This document shows positions 12,632-21,443 of a stretch of 64,000 bases of DNA, piece by piece (the stretch's first letter is position 1; each line of letters opens with the position of its first letter). Both the position numbers and the translations under genes were made by a program. The notes below the pieces were generated by a model. That model was given only the letters and a program-made list of their open reading frames with translations. It did not search any database and was not told where the DNA came from. This DNA comes from an uncultured Verrucomicrobiae bacterium (GTDB taxonomy: Bacteria > Verrucomicrobiota > Verrucomicrobiia > Chthoniobacterales > JAATET01): NCBI GenBank assembly GCA_963719495.1, contig CAVRCI010000009.1, forward strand, positions 96,001 to 160,000, given 5' to 3'.

Positions 12632-12970
12632 TCAGGAGGCCTTCTGGCCGATTTCCTTACCTTCCTTGACCACCGTCACGATGCTGCCGCGGTCGAACTC
12701 GAGCTTCACGTTATCCGCCACCCGCACGAGCACCGTGCGGTCCTTGAGGTTCGTGATCACTCCGTGAATGCCCGCGTTCGTCACCACCCGATCCCCGGTC
12801 TCGAGGGCGGCAACCAGTTTCGCCTGATCCTTCGCCTTCTTCTGCTGCGGACGAATCAAGAGGAAGTAGAAGACGACAAAAATGAAAATCAGCGGAACGA
12901 ACTGCATCCACGGAGCCGGAGCCGCCGGATCAGTCGCCTGCGCGAGGAAAAGAAAATCGGTCAGATTCAT
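12632..12970 (-). CDS. yajC: Preprotein translocase subunit YajC
   Basis: FYFLLIRPQQKK, GDRVVTNAGIHG; upstream of secDF. Confidence 0.96.
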   Translation of the reverse strand: MNLTDFLFLAQATDPAAPAPWMQFVPLIFIFVVFYFLLIRPQQKKAKDQAKLVAALETGDRVVTNAGIHGVITNLKDRTVLVRVADNVKLEFDRGSIVTVVKEGKEIGQKAS

Positions 12971-13042
12971 AACGAGCCGAGCAAGCTACGCAGCCCCACC
13001 CGCGCTGACAAGCGACAAAGCCACGCCATCGCCGCTCCATCC

Positions 13043-13067
13043 AATTTTGTAAAAAATGGACAAAATT
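13043..13067. promoter_or_regulatory. AT-rich inverted repeat, candidate operator of the toxin-antitoxin pair
   Basis: aattttgt-N9-acaaaatt, ending 27 bp before the antitoxin ATG. Confidence 0.5.
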
Positions 13068-13093
13068 TAGCGCAAAGCCTATCGTCTCCTCCT

Positions 13094-13459
13094 ATGAGCA
13101 CGATCGCCGAACGCCATTCCGCCAACACCCTCCGAGACCTGCCCACCGTCTCCGCGACGACGCTCAAAAACTCCATCGGCGACGTCTTCGAGAAACTCGC
13201 CGCCGCCAGCGCGGTCGTGATCAGCCGACACGAGAAGCCCCACGCCGTCCTCCTCTCCGTCGACGAATACGACAAGCTCAGCGCTTACCGCTCGAACACC
13301 ATCCGCGATCTGGAGGAGGAGTATTACCGGATGTTCAAAGCGCAGGACACGCCGGAGGGCCGCGCGAGGATGGCCCGACTAATGAACGCCACATCCGAGG
13401 AACTTGGTGAAGCTGCGGTGCGAGGCGCTCGGACAAAGACTCCAGCCCACGCATCGTGA
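13094..13459 (+). CDS. Phd/YefM-family antitoxin
   Basis: VSATTLKNSIGDV...VVISRHEKPHAVLLSVDEY; its stop overlaps the next start (GTGA). Confidence 0.82.
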   Translation: MSTIAERHSANTLRDLPTVSATTLKNSIGDVFEKLAAASAVVISRHEKPHAVLLSVDEYDKLSAYRSNTIRDLEEEYYRMFKAQDTPEGRARMARLMNATSEELGEAAVRGARTKTPAHAS

Positions 13460-14115
13460 ACGAGCGCATCATCGTCCTAGCCGGAGTCAACGGTGCTGGG
13501 AAAAGCAGCGTGGGTGGAGAATTCCTACGCGAAGCGGCGTCTAGTTACTACAACCCCGACGAAGCCGCCCGCCAGATCCGCGCCATCCACCCCCGGATCA
13601 CGCTCCCCGACGCCAACGGCCAAGCCTGGCAAATGGGCCGCGCCCTGCTGGAGCGTTCGATCACCGAAAAATTCGCCTTCGCCTTCGAGACCACCCTCGG
13701 CGGCAACACCATCCCAGCCGTCCTCCGCCGTGCCGCCGAAGCGGGCCGCCCCGTCGAAATGTGGTTCGTCGGCCTCGCCACCGTCGACCTCCACCTCCAA
13801 CGGGTCGCCGAACGCGTCCGCAAGGGCGGCCACCCCATCCCCGAAGCCGCCATCCGTCAGCGCTGGACCCGCAGCCGCGAAAATCTCATCGCGCTCATGC
13901 CGCACCTCCATCACCTCCGCCTCTTCGACAATTCCACCGAGGCCGATCCGACCGCCGGCAAATCGCCCGAACCCGTCCTCCTCCTCGAGCTTCGCCAAGG
14001 CCGCATCACGGCCCCCGCCGACCTCACCCGCACCCCCGATTGGGCGAAAAGCCTGATCGCCGCCGCGGTCAAGCTCCAGCAGCGAACCCCCCAGGAAGGC
14101 CCCGCCTCCGGCTAA
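13456..14115 (+). CDS. Zeta-toxin-like P-loop ATPase (COG4185-like)
   Basis: LAGVNGAGKSS, NPDE, FAFETTL, RVAERVRKGGHPIPE, LFDNS. Confidence 0.85.
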   Translation: MNERIIVLAGVNGAGKSSVGGEFLREAASSYYNPDEAARQIRAIHPRITLPDANGQAWQMGRALLERSITEKFAFAFETTLGGNTIPAVLRRAAEAGRPVEMWFVGLATVDLHLQRVAERVRKGGHPIPEAAIRQRWTRSRENLIALMPHLHHLRLFDNSTEADPTAGKSPEPVLLLELRQGRITAPADLTRTPDWAKSLIAAAVKLQQRTPQEGPASG

Positions 14116-15431
14116 GTGACCTTCCGGATGAAATTCTCCGCCAGCGCCTCGTAAAGCGCCACCGGGCAGATTTTCCGCGAGACCTCGTAAGCCACGATCG
14201 CCGCCAGCGCCAAAGGCAGGGTGAAAGCGATCGCCCCCGTCATCTCGACGAGGATCACCGCCGCCGTCAGCGGGCTCTGCACCACCCCGGAAAAATAGGC
14301 GACGATGAACAGCAACACCACCGCCTGCGCGGGAGCCCCGGTCCACGCCAGCCACGGCGCGCACATTTTCCCCAAGCCCGCGCCCACCGAAAACGACGGA
14401 TCGAACAACCCACCCGGGATCCCCGTCAGCAACGCCAGCATCGAAGCCGAAGCCCGGTAAACCGGATACATCGGCCCCATCGCCGCCCGGGTTTCCGCAA
14501 TTTCCGCCCGCTCCTCCGCCGACAAAGTCGCGAGATACTCGTCGCTCCCCTCCAAGACCACCGCGCGAGCCTCCGCGTAACCGCTCCCCAGCGTCCGCCC
14601 CCCGGACACCATCGCCAGCGACGCCATCGCCAACCCGAAAATCAAGGCCACCACCCAAAACCGCCGCCGAATCCAGCCCGACACCACCGGCATCGCCCGC
14701 AGCAGCACCCACGAAAATCCCCCACCCAACGCCCCGCCGACCACACCGATCAGCGCGACCGCGAGCCAGGGACCAACCGTCAGAAACTCCAGCGGCATCA
14801 CCCGCCCGAAATCGAGCCGCCCGTAGAAAAAATAATCCCCGAACGGCACCGCGCAGACGACGCAAGCCACCACCACCGTTCGCACCATCGTCCCGATATT
14901 CCCCTTCTCGAACGACCGCCCTATCTCCTCGAAGGAAAAAATCATCCCCGCGATCGGCGCGTTGAACGCCGACGCGATTCCGGCCGCCCCCCCAGCCAGG
15001 ATCATCCCCCGCTGCGCCAGATGGACGGGAAAATTCCCCCACCGAGCCACCAGATTCATGAAGCAAGCTCCCAGCTGCACCGACGGCCCCTCCCGCCCAA
15101 TCGACAAAAACGAAAACAACCCGAGCGTCGTGAGAAGCGCCTTCCCGCCCGCGATCCGCATCGACAGCAGCCGTTCCCGTTCCGCCCCCGGCCCCAGCTT
15201 GAGCGCCGCGATCGTCTGCGGAATCCCCGTACCGTCCGACCCCACGAAATACCGATCCCGCAAAAACAAAATCAACCCCAGCCCCACGGGCATAACGAGA
15301 AACATCCACCCCGGGGAGCCACCCCAAACCCGGCCCCCCGCGACCTCCGACCAACCCTCGGCCCACTCGAAGTAAAGCGCCCCGAGGCCAGCGAAAACCG
15401 CCCCCAAAACCGCCAAAAACCCCGCCCTCAT
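14112..15431 (-). CDS. ClC-family chloride channel/antiporter
   Basis: GTGIP, GREGP, AFNAP, PGGLFDP, EMTG, LYEALA; start estimated. Confidence 0.93.
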   Translation of the reverse strand: MRAGFLAVLGAVFAGLGALYFEWAEGWSEVAGGRVWGGSPGWMFLVMPVGLGLILFLRDRYFVGSDGTGIPQTIAALKLGPGAERERLLSMRIAGGKALLTTLGLFSFLSIGREGPSVQLGACFMNLVARWGNFPVHLAQRGMILAGGAAGIASAFNAPIAGMIFSFEEIGRSFEKGNIGTMVRTVVVACVVCAVPFGDYFFYGRLDFGRVMPLEFLTVGPWLAVALIGVVGGALGGGFSWVLLRAMPVVSGWIRRRFWVVALIFGLAMASLAMVSGGRTLGSGYAEARAVVLEGSDEYLATLSAEERAEIAETRAAMGPMYPVYRASASMLALLTGIPGGLFDPSFSVGAGLGKMCAPWLAWTGAPAQAVVLLFIVAYFSGVVQSPLTAAVILVEMTGAIAFTLPLALAAIVAYEVSRKICPVALYEALAENFIRKVT

Positions 15432-15433
15432 CC

Positions 15434-15468
15434 AATCCGCAATCCGCAGTCCCAAATCCGCAATCCCC
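15434..15468. repeat. AATCCGC heptamer run
   Basis: aatccgc aatccgc agtccca aatccgc aatcccc; same family at 55953-55985 and 57279-57381. Confidence 0.8.
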
Positions 15469-15469
15469 C

Positions 15470-16270
15470 TCACGCTCCCATCATCCAAACGTTGGTCGGG
15501 ATCACCTGCAGCAGCCAATCCATGTGCGACGGCAGCACCCGCCGCTCCCCGTCACTCGACCACGGCACGACCAGCAGCTTCGCCCCCGAGTGCTCGACGA
15601 AATCACACGCCGCGAACCCCGTATTCGACCGGATGATCGCCGTATCCGCCTCCCCGTCGAACCCGTCGACTTCGTCCAGCAGCTCCGCGAATTCCTCCTC
15701 GCTCTCCGGCAGCCGCACGCTTCCCGACGAAGCCATCGCCTCGTCGAACGGCGTGATCACGGTAAAAAACGTCACCCGCTTCGAGCCGAGCCGTGCCGCC
15801 AGCTCGCAGGCCCGGTTCAGCGCCGGAACGGACAGATTTTTTAAATCCACCTGCACCAGGATCGTCTCCGTCGCCCGCTCCAGCTCCTCCGGCCGCGGAA
15901 AGAGCAGCAGATCGCAGGAACACCGCTGCAGAAGCTCGCGCGCGACGCCACCCAAAAAATTCCGATGCTCGCTCTCCCGTTCCATCGCACCCGCCAGGAG
16001 CAGATCCACCTGATTCATCCGGCAAGCGTTGAGAATCGCGTCGGCGGGAGTCGCCGCCCGACCCCAGAGCACCGGAGTCTCCGCCGTTCGGTCGAGCGCC
16101 TGCATGGCCCCCGCAAATCTCTCCGCCCGCCCGTCCTCCGCGTCATCCGCGTGAATGATGCTCAACTTCGCCGCCAGCAGCCGCGCCACCCGGTCCGCCT
16201 CCGCCAACACGGCAAGAAACCGCGGCGAAAACGTCGAAGCAACGGCAATATGGCGATAAGCGTCCGGCAT
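15470..16270 (-). CDS. Universal stress protein (two USP-like domains)
   Basis: YRHIAVA, DLLLAGA...FLGGVARELLQRCSCDLL. Confidence 0.75.
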   Translation of the reverse strand: MPDAYRHIAVASTFSPRFLAVLAEADRVARLLAAKLSIIHADDAEDGRAERFAGAMQALDRTAETPVLWGRAATPADAILNACRMNQVDLLLAGAMERESEHRNFLGGVARELLQRCSCDLLLFPRPEELERATETILVQVDLKNLSVPALNRACELAARLGSKRVTFFTVITPFDEAMASSGSVRLPESEEEFAELLDEVDGFDGEADTAIIRSNTGFAACDFVEHSGAKLLVVPWSSDGERRVLPSHMDWLLQVIPTNVWMMGA

Positions 16271-16373
16271 CAAAAAAAACGACACCGCCGTTTAATCGCG
16301 AAACCCCACCCCGTCACCAGAAAACGGGGCACCGCTTCCAGCACAGGCGATGGGCAACCGCCAAACCACGCTC

Positions 16374-16431
16374 AAGGAACGGCGATTTGCAATCGCCCAA
16401 CCCCCTCAAGGAACGGCGATTTGCAATCGCC
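16374..16431. repeat. Duplicated REP-like hairpin
   Basis: aaggaacggcgatttgcaatcgcc occurs twice, 34 bp apart. Confidence 0.75.
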
Positions 16432-16464
16432 GCACCAACCCAAAGCGAAGCTCAAATCCCCACC

Positions 16465-18015
16465 TCACGGCGTCGCCACCACCACATCCCGGTTCAAAGC
16501 CTCGAGCGCAATCGCGCGATTGATCGCGTTCACGTAAGCCCGCGCGCTCCCCTCGACCACGTCCGTGCTCGCGCCCTTGCCCGTCACCAGTTCGCCGTCG
16601 CCGAAATCGATTTTCACCGTCACTTCACCCAGGGAATCCCGACCACTCGTCACCGCGCCCACGTGATACGAGGCCAGCGTCCCGCTCCGCTTCGAAATCC
16701 GGTCGATCGCCTGCATCGCCGCGTCCACCGCGCCATTCCCCGGACTCGAATCCGTCAACACCTCGTCGCCGTGGCGCAACCGCACCGTCGCCGTCGGCAC
16801 CGTCGTCGTGCCACTCGTCACGTTCAGATATTCCAGCGCGTAGGTCTCGTTCGAGTTCCCGATCGAGTCATCGACCAGTGCCGACAAATCATCGTCGTAG
16901 ACGAACTTCTTCTTATCCCCGACCTCCTTGAACCGCAGAAAAACCGCGCCGACCTCCTCGTCCGTCAACTTGAACCCCAAATGCTCCAACCGCGAAGCCA
17001 TCGCGTGCCGCCCGGAGTGTTTCGTCAGCGGCAGCTCCGTCCCGCCCCAGCCCACCGCCTTCGGGTCCATGATCTCATACGTCTCCCGCTTCTTGAGAAT
17101 GCCGTCCTGATGAATCCCCGACGAATGCGCGAAAGCGTTCTCGCCCACGACCGCCTTGCTCCGCGCCACCTGCAGCCCGCTCATCCGGGCGACCAACCGC
17201 GACGTTTTCAGGATCTCCGTCGAAACCACGCCCGTCGCGGCCCCGCCGAAAAAGTCCGGCCGCGTCTTCAGCGCCATCACCACTTCTTCCAAGGCGCAAT
17301 TCCCCGCCCGCTCACCGATCCCATTGAACGTCCCCTCGACCTGCCGCGCTCCCGCCCGCACCGCCGCCAGCGAATTCGCCACCGCCAGACCCAGATCGTC
17401 GTGGCAATGCACGCTGATCACCGCGTCGTCGATGTTGCGCACGTTCGAGCGCAGGTAGCCGATCAGCTCCGCGTATTGATCCGGCATCGCCCAGCCGACC
17501 GTGTCCGGGATGTTCACCGTCGTCGCCCCCGCCTCGATCGCCGCCTCCACGACCTTGGCCAAAAACTCCGGCTCCGTCCGCGAAGCATCCTCGGGCGAGA
17601 ATTCCACGTCCTTCGTCAGAGCCTTCGCCCGCCGCACGCCCTCCACCGCCATGCGAATGATTTCCTCCTCCGCTTTGCGTAGTTTGAACTCACGGTGAAT
17701 CGCCGAAGTCGCCAGGAAAACGTGAATCCGCCCCCGCTCGCCCGCCGGCTTCACCGCCGCCCCCGCCGCGTCGATGTCCTTCGCCACGCACCGCGCCAGC
17801 CCACAAATCACCGGCCCGCGGACCTCCTCCGCGATGCGCCGCACCGATTCGAAGTCGCCATCGCTAATGACCGGGAACCCCGCCTCGATCACGTCGACGT
17901 TGGCGCGCTCCAGTTGCCGCGCGATTTCCATTTTCTCGCGCAAATTCATCGAAGCGCCCGGGCACTGTTCCCCGTCACGCAAAGTCGTATCAAAAATAAT
18001 TACCTGGTCTGACAT
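16465..18015 (-). CDS. leuA: 2-isopropylmalate synthase
   Basis: IFDTTLRDGEQ, HCHDDLG, GIGERAGN, GIHQDG, C-terminal regulatory domain. Confidence 0.97.
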   Translation of the reverse strand: MSDQVIIFDTTLRDGEQCPGASMNLREKMEIARQLERANVDVIEAGFPVISDGDFESVRRIAEEVRGPVICGLARCVAKDIDAAGAAVKPAGERGRIHVFLATSAIHREFKLRKAEEEIIRMAVEGVRRAKALTKDVEFSPEDASRTEPEFLAKVVEAAIEAGATTVNIPDTVGWAMPDQYAELIGYLRSNVRNIDDAVISVHCHDDLGLAVANSLAAVRAGARQVEGTFNGIGERAGNCALEEVVMALKTRPDFFGGAATGVVSTEILKTSRLVARMSGLQVARSKAVVGENAFAHSSGIHQDGILKKRETYEIMDPKAVGWGGTELPLTKHSGRHAMASRLEHLGFKLTDEEVGAVFLRFKEVGDKKKFVYDDDLSALVDDSIGNSNETYALEYLNVTSGTTTVPTATVRLRHGDEVLTDSSPGNGAVDAAMQAIDRISKRSGTLASYHVGAVTSGRDSLGEVTVKIDFGDGELVTGKGASTDVVEGSARAYVNAINRAIALEALNRDVVVATP

Positions 18016-18061
18016 TTTAAAAATAAAGTTCTCCGGCGAGGAAGAGATGAGGGATCACGGA

Positions 18062-18087
18062 CAAAAGCCGCGTCGCCGGATCGCGGG
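18062..18087 (-). terminator. Candidate attenuator terminator upstream of leuA
   Basis: Minus strand ccgcg-atccggcga-cgcgg-cttttgt. Confidence 0.5.
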
Positions 18088-18100
18088 AATGTCAGTGCGA

Positions 18101-18178
18101 CTAAGCAAGAAGGCTAAGTCCGAGGGAACGATGTTCCACCAGAAGGGCAAGCAAAGCAAAGCCACCAAAATTAACCAT
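18101..18178 (-). CDS. Putative Leu-rich leader peptide MVNFGGFALLALLVEHRSLGLSLLA
   Basis: 8 Leu in 25 codons, mostly CTT/TTG; followed by a terminator-like hairpin and then leuA. Confidence 0.55.
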   Translation of the reverse strand: MVNFGGFALLALLVEHRSLGLSLLA

Positions 18179-18274
18179 TGGCAAAGAAGACACCACCAAA
18201 CCCCAATCGGCAAGGGGGAAAACGGGCATCCCGTCCGGCACCACGCAGGACACCAACCGCCGCTCGACCCGCAT

Positions 18275-18325
18275 GGGGAGCGCACGCGTCCCCGCGTGCG
18301 GGCAGCGGCGTCCCGCCGCTGCAAC
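18275..18325. repeat. Double-hairpin REP-like element, copy 1 of 3
   Basis: cgcacgcgtcccgcgtgcg-ggcagcggcgtcccgccgctgc; copies at 20096-20145 and 22724-22773. Confidence 0.8.
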
Positions 18326-18397
18326 CCCGGCAATCCGCGAAGCGGGAGCCGAACCCCAGGCTTCGAACCCACACCCTACCCCGCTACACTCCCAAAA

Positions 18398-19402
18398 ATG
18401 TCCACCCAACCCAACCTCCGTTGGGGCCTCCTCGCCACCGGCAAGATCGCCCACAAATTCGCCACCGACCTCCCCGCCTCCCGCACCGGCGTCCTCCAAG
18501 CCGTCGCCAGCCGCGACCTCACCCGCGCCCAATCCTTCGCCGCCGCCCACGGCCACCCCACCGCCCACGGCGGCTACGAAGCCCTCCTCGCCGACCCCGA
18601 GGTCGACGCCGTCTACATCTCCACGCCCCACCCCGAGCACGCCCGCTGGGCCATCGCCGCCGCCCAAGCCGGCAAACACATCCTTTGCGAGAAACCCATC
18701 GCGATGAACCTCACCGAGGCCACCCAGATCGTCGAAGCCTCCCGCTCCAACAACGTCTTTCTCATGGAAGCCTTCATGGTCCGCTGCCATCCGCAAACCA
18801 CCCGCATCGTCGACCTTGTCCGATCCGGAGCTCTCGGTAAGATTCAGTTCATCGAAGCCACCTTCGGCTTCCGCTCCCCCTACGATCCCGCCGGCCGACT
18901 TTGGAACAAAACCCTCGGCGGCGGCGCCATCCTCGACGTCGGCTGCTACACCACGGCCATGACGCGACTCCTCGCCGGAGCCGCCGTTGATCAGCCCTTC
19001 GCGGAACCCACGGCCATCGCCGCCACCGGAACGCGCCACCCCGAATCCGGCGTCGACGCCTACGCCGCCGCCACCCTCACGTTCCCCGACGGCCTCCTCG
19101 CTCAGATCGCCTGCGGAGTCGGCCTCCAGCTCGCCAACACCGTCACCATCCACGGAACCCGGGCCCGCCTCCACGTTCCCACCCCGTGGATCATCCCCAC
19201 CGAGACCCACCTCGAACTCACCCCCTTTGAAACCAACCACACCGAGAAGATTGCGATCACCAGCACCCGCCCGATCTACGCCCTCGAAGCCGACACCGTA
19301 GCCGATTCCATCCAAGCCGGAAAAACCGAAAGCCCTGCCATGCCAACCGCCGACACCCTCGGAAACATGGCCCTCCTGGACCAATGGCGCACCGCATTCT
19401 AA
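18398..19402 (+). CDS. Gfo/Idh/MocA-family oxidoreductase
   Basis: LRWGLLATGKIA, GKHILCEKP, GGGAILDVGCY. Confidence 0.93.
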   Translation: MSTQPNLRWGLLATGKIAHKFATDLPASRTGVLQAVASRDLTRAQSFAAAHGHPTAHGGYEALLADPEVDAVYISTPHPEHARWAIAAAQAGKHILCEKPIAMNLTEATQIVEASRSNNVFLMEAFMVRCHPQTTRIVDLVRSGALGKIQFIEATFGFRSPYDPAGRLWNKTLGGGAILDVGCYTTAMTRLLAGAAVDQPFAEPTAIAATGTRHPESGVDAYAAATLTFPDGLLAQIACGVGLQLANTVTIHGTRARLHVPTPWIIPTETHLELTPFETNHTEKIAITSTRPIYALEADTVADSIQAGKTESPAMPTADTLGNMALLDQWRTAF

Positions 19403-19469
19403 AATTTTCAAAGAACGGCGCGCTTCCAGCCGCCGCACCAACCATATCCGGCAGCCGCCGGACAAACTG

Positions 19470-20006
19470 CTACTCCCCGACAACCCCGTTCTCGTCGACC
19501 GTCTTCACCAGATCGTCATCCACCCGCAGATCGACCAATTTCCAATCCCCCGACCCCGCGTAGAAATAAAATTTCCACCGCAACGGCAGCACGTCGCCTT
19601 TCAGTAGATAAGTCCGCCGCTCCAATGATTTCCCCACCCGCTCCGTCTCCAACAGTTCATACCCGTGCGTCGGCCCGTAGGCATCGAGCGCCGCCTGGGT
19701 CTGATCCCGCAGCCGCGAAGCCTCCTCCGGCCGCGTCGCAACCACGGTTCCCGCCGTCAATTCCTCGTAAGCCGCCTCCACCTCGTCCGCTTCGATCCTC
19801 TCGAAAAATCCAGCCACCATCTCGTCCACCGACCGCACTTCAAATTTCGGCACCACCGGAGTTGCCACCGGTTCCGCCCGCAATTCCCGAGGCATCTTCG
19901 TGTCGCGCACCACATCCTTCGGAACGTCCGCCGGAGCCTCCTGAATCCCCTGAGCCCCCACGGAACCCAGCCCCACCAACATCACCAAAAAGACCGACCA
20001 ACGCAT
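19470..20006 (-). CDS. Hypothetical secreted protein
   Basis: Signal-peptide-like MRWSVFLVMLVGLGSVGAQ; PLRWKFYFY...WKLVDLRVDD. Confidence 0.7.
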   Translation of the reverse strand: MRWSVFLVMLVGLGSVGAQGIQEAPADVPKDVVRDTKMPRELRAEPVATPVVPKFEVRSVDEMVAGFFERIEADEVEAAYEELTAGTVVATRPEEASRLRDQTQAALDAYGPTHGYELLETERVGKSLERRTYLLKGDVLPLRWKFYFYAGSGDWKLVDLRVDDDLVKTVDENGVVGE

Positions 20007-20095
20007 AGCGAGCGACCATCCCCCAACCCCCCGACCCAGACAACCCCAATCCAAGTTCCGGGGAGCGCAAGCGTGGAAAGGGGGATCGCAAGCGT

Positions 20096-20145
20096 GGGGA
20101 ACGCACGCGTCCCGCGTGCGAGCTGCGGCGTCCCGCCGCGGCAAC
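20096..20145. repeat. Double-hairpin REP-like element, copy 2
   Basis: acgcacgcgtcccgcgtgcgagctgcggcgtcccgccgcggc. Confidence 0.8.
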
Positions 20146-20245
20146 CCGGCAAATCGAGCAAAGCGAGAGAGCCGACCATCAAGGAGCGGCGAGTCAAAAT
20201 CGCCGAGCCAGCGCCAATTCCGCGCAGCGGAACAAATCCTTCACC

Positions 20246-20728
20246 TCACCGCCCAAACCCCACCCGCTCCGGATCGATGTGCAGCGTGCCGGAATCCGTC
20301 TCCGTCGGCGAGAAACCGTCACGGTAATTCAGCGAAATCAAGTCGTGCCGCCGGAACACCGGCTCACCCGTCTCCGGCGACCGAACAAACGTCCACCGAT
20401 GACGCACGTCCGCCAGAAGATGCTCCGCTCCGCCGTCCGAACGCCGACGAAACGTGTCCCAAACCATCTCCGAAGTCATCACCAGCGGCGGACCGTCCGA
20501 TTCCACCTGAAAATTGTAGTAGTAATGCCCCTCGTCGAAGAACTGCGACTTCAACCCATCGTGCTCCCGCAAGCCCGGCAGTCCAACCAGCTTCATCGCC
20601 CCCGAACAGATTTCGAAATCCTCCCCCGACGTATGGCCATAAACGATCTCCGGAGCCGCGTGAGCGTCGAAAAAAGCCGCCCACAACCGAATCAATTCAA
20701 TCCCCTCGAACCGACTCACCGCATTCAT
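20246..20728 (-). CDS. Hypothetical protein
   Basis: Globular-looking 160-aa ORF from MNAVSRFEG; no family recognised. Confidence 0.6.
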   Translation of the reverse strand: MNAVSRFEGIELIRLWAAFFDAHAAPEIVYGHTSGEDFEICSGAMKLVGLPGLREHDGLKSQFFDEGHYYYNFQVESDGPPLVMTSEMVWDTFRRRSDGGAEHLLADVRHRWTFVRSPETGEPVFRRHDLISLNYRDGFSPTETDSGTLHIDPERVGFGR

Positions 20729-20901
20729 CCGGCAGTGATACCAGCGTCCGACCGCAACAGGGAACGCGAAAATCGCTATTCCTTTCGGCATCCTCCGTTG
20801 CGGGCGTTCGGTTGACCCGGTCACGCTCGGTTGCCGTCGCTGTTCCCACAGCTCCGCGCTTCGGGCCACCTATCAGCAGGCTCTGTCGCTCGACTCCCAT
20901 C

Positions 20902-21348
20902 GGCTCCGGTGTTGACTCGCTCGCTCCCGCTCGTCTCGCCCTTCGGGCTGCATTGCAGAGCCAATGCAGTCTGCCCCGAGCGTGGACTCGCGCTCTCCCG
21001 AGCGTCTCGCCCTTCGGGCTGCATCGCAGAGCCGATGCAGTCTGCCCCGAGCCTTCCCAGGCTCCGGTGCTCCCAGGCTCCGGTGTTGACTCGCTCGCTC
21101 CCGCTCGTCTCGCCCTTCGGGCTGCATTGCAGAGCCAATGCAGTCTGCCCCGAGCGTGGACTCGCGCTCTCCCGAGCGTCTCGCCCTTCGGGCTGCATCG
21201 CAGAGCCGATGCAGTCTGCCCCGAGCCTTCCCAGGCTCCGGTGCTCCCAGGCTCCGGTGTTGACTCGCTCGCTCCCGCTCGTCTCGCCCTTCGGGCTGCA
21301 TTGCAGAGCCAATGCAGTCTGCCCCGAGCCTTCCCAGGCTCCGGTGCT
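20902..21348. repeat. 174-bp tandem array (2 full units plus an internally deleted third) built from five hairpin subunits
   Basis: Units start at 20902, 21076 and 21250; core cgtctcgcccttcgggctgcatYgcagagccRatgcagtctgccccgagc occurs five times. Confidence 0.95.
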
Positions 21349-21443
21349 CTGTTGATTTCTGTTTTTCATCCCATCATTCCCTCCTTCGCATTCTTTGCGC
21401 CCTTTGCGATCTTCTGTTCAAACCTGTATTCCCGACCACCGCC

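Noticed and set aside
20902..21348. CRISPR array
   Set aside because: Repeat cores are about 50-70 bp, the intervening sequences are themselves repeated, and no cas genes are in the window.
20821..21369. ORFs spanning the 174-bp array
   Set aside because: Several frames are open only because the period is a multiple of 3; none looks protein-like.
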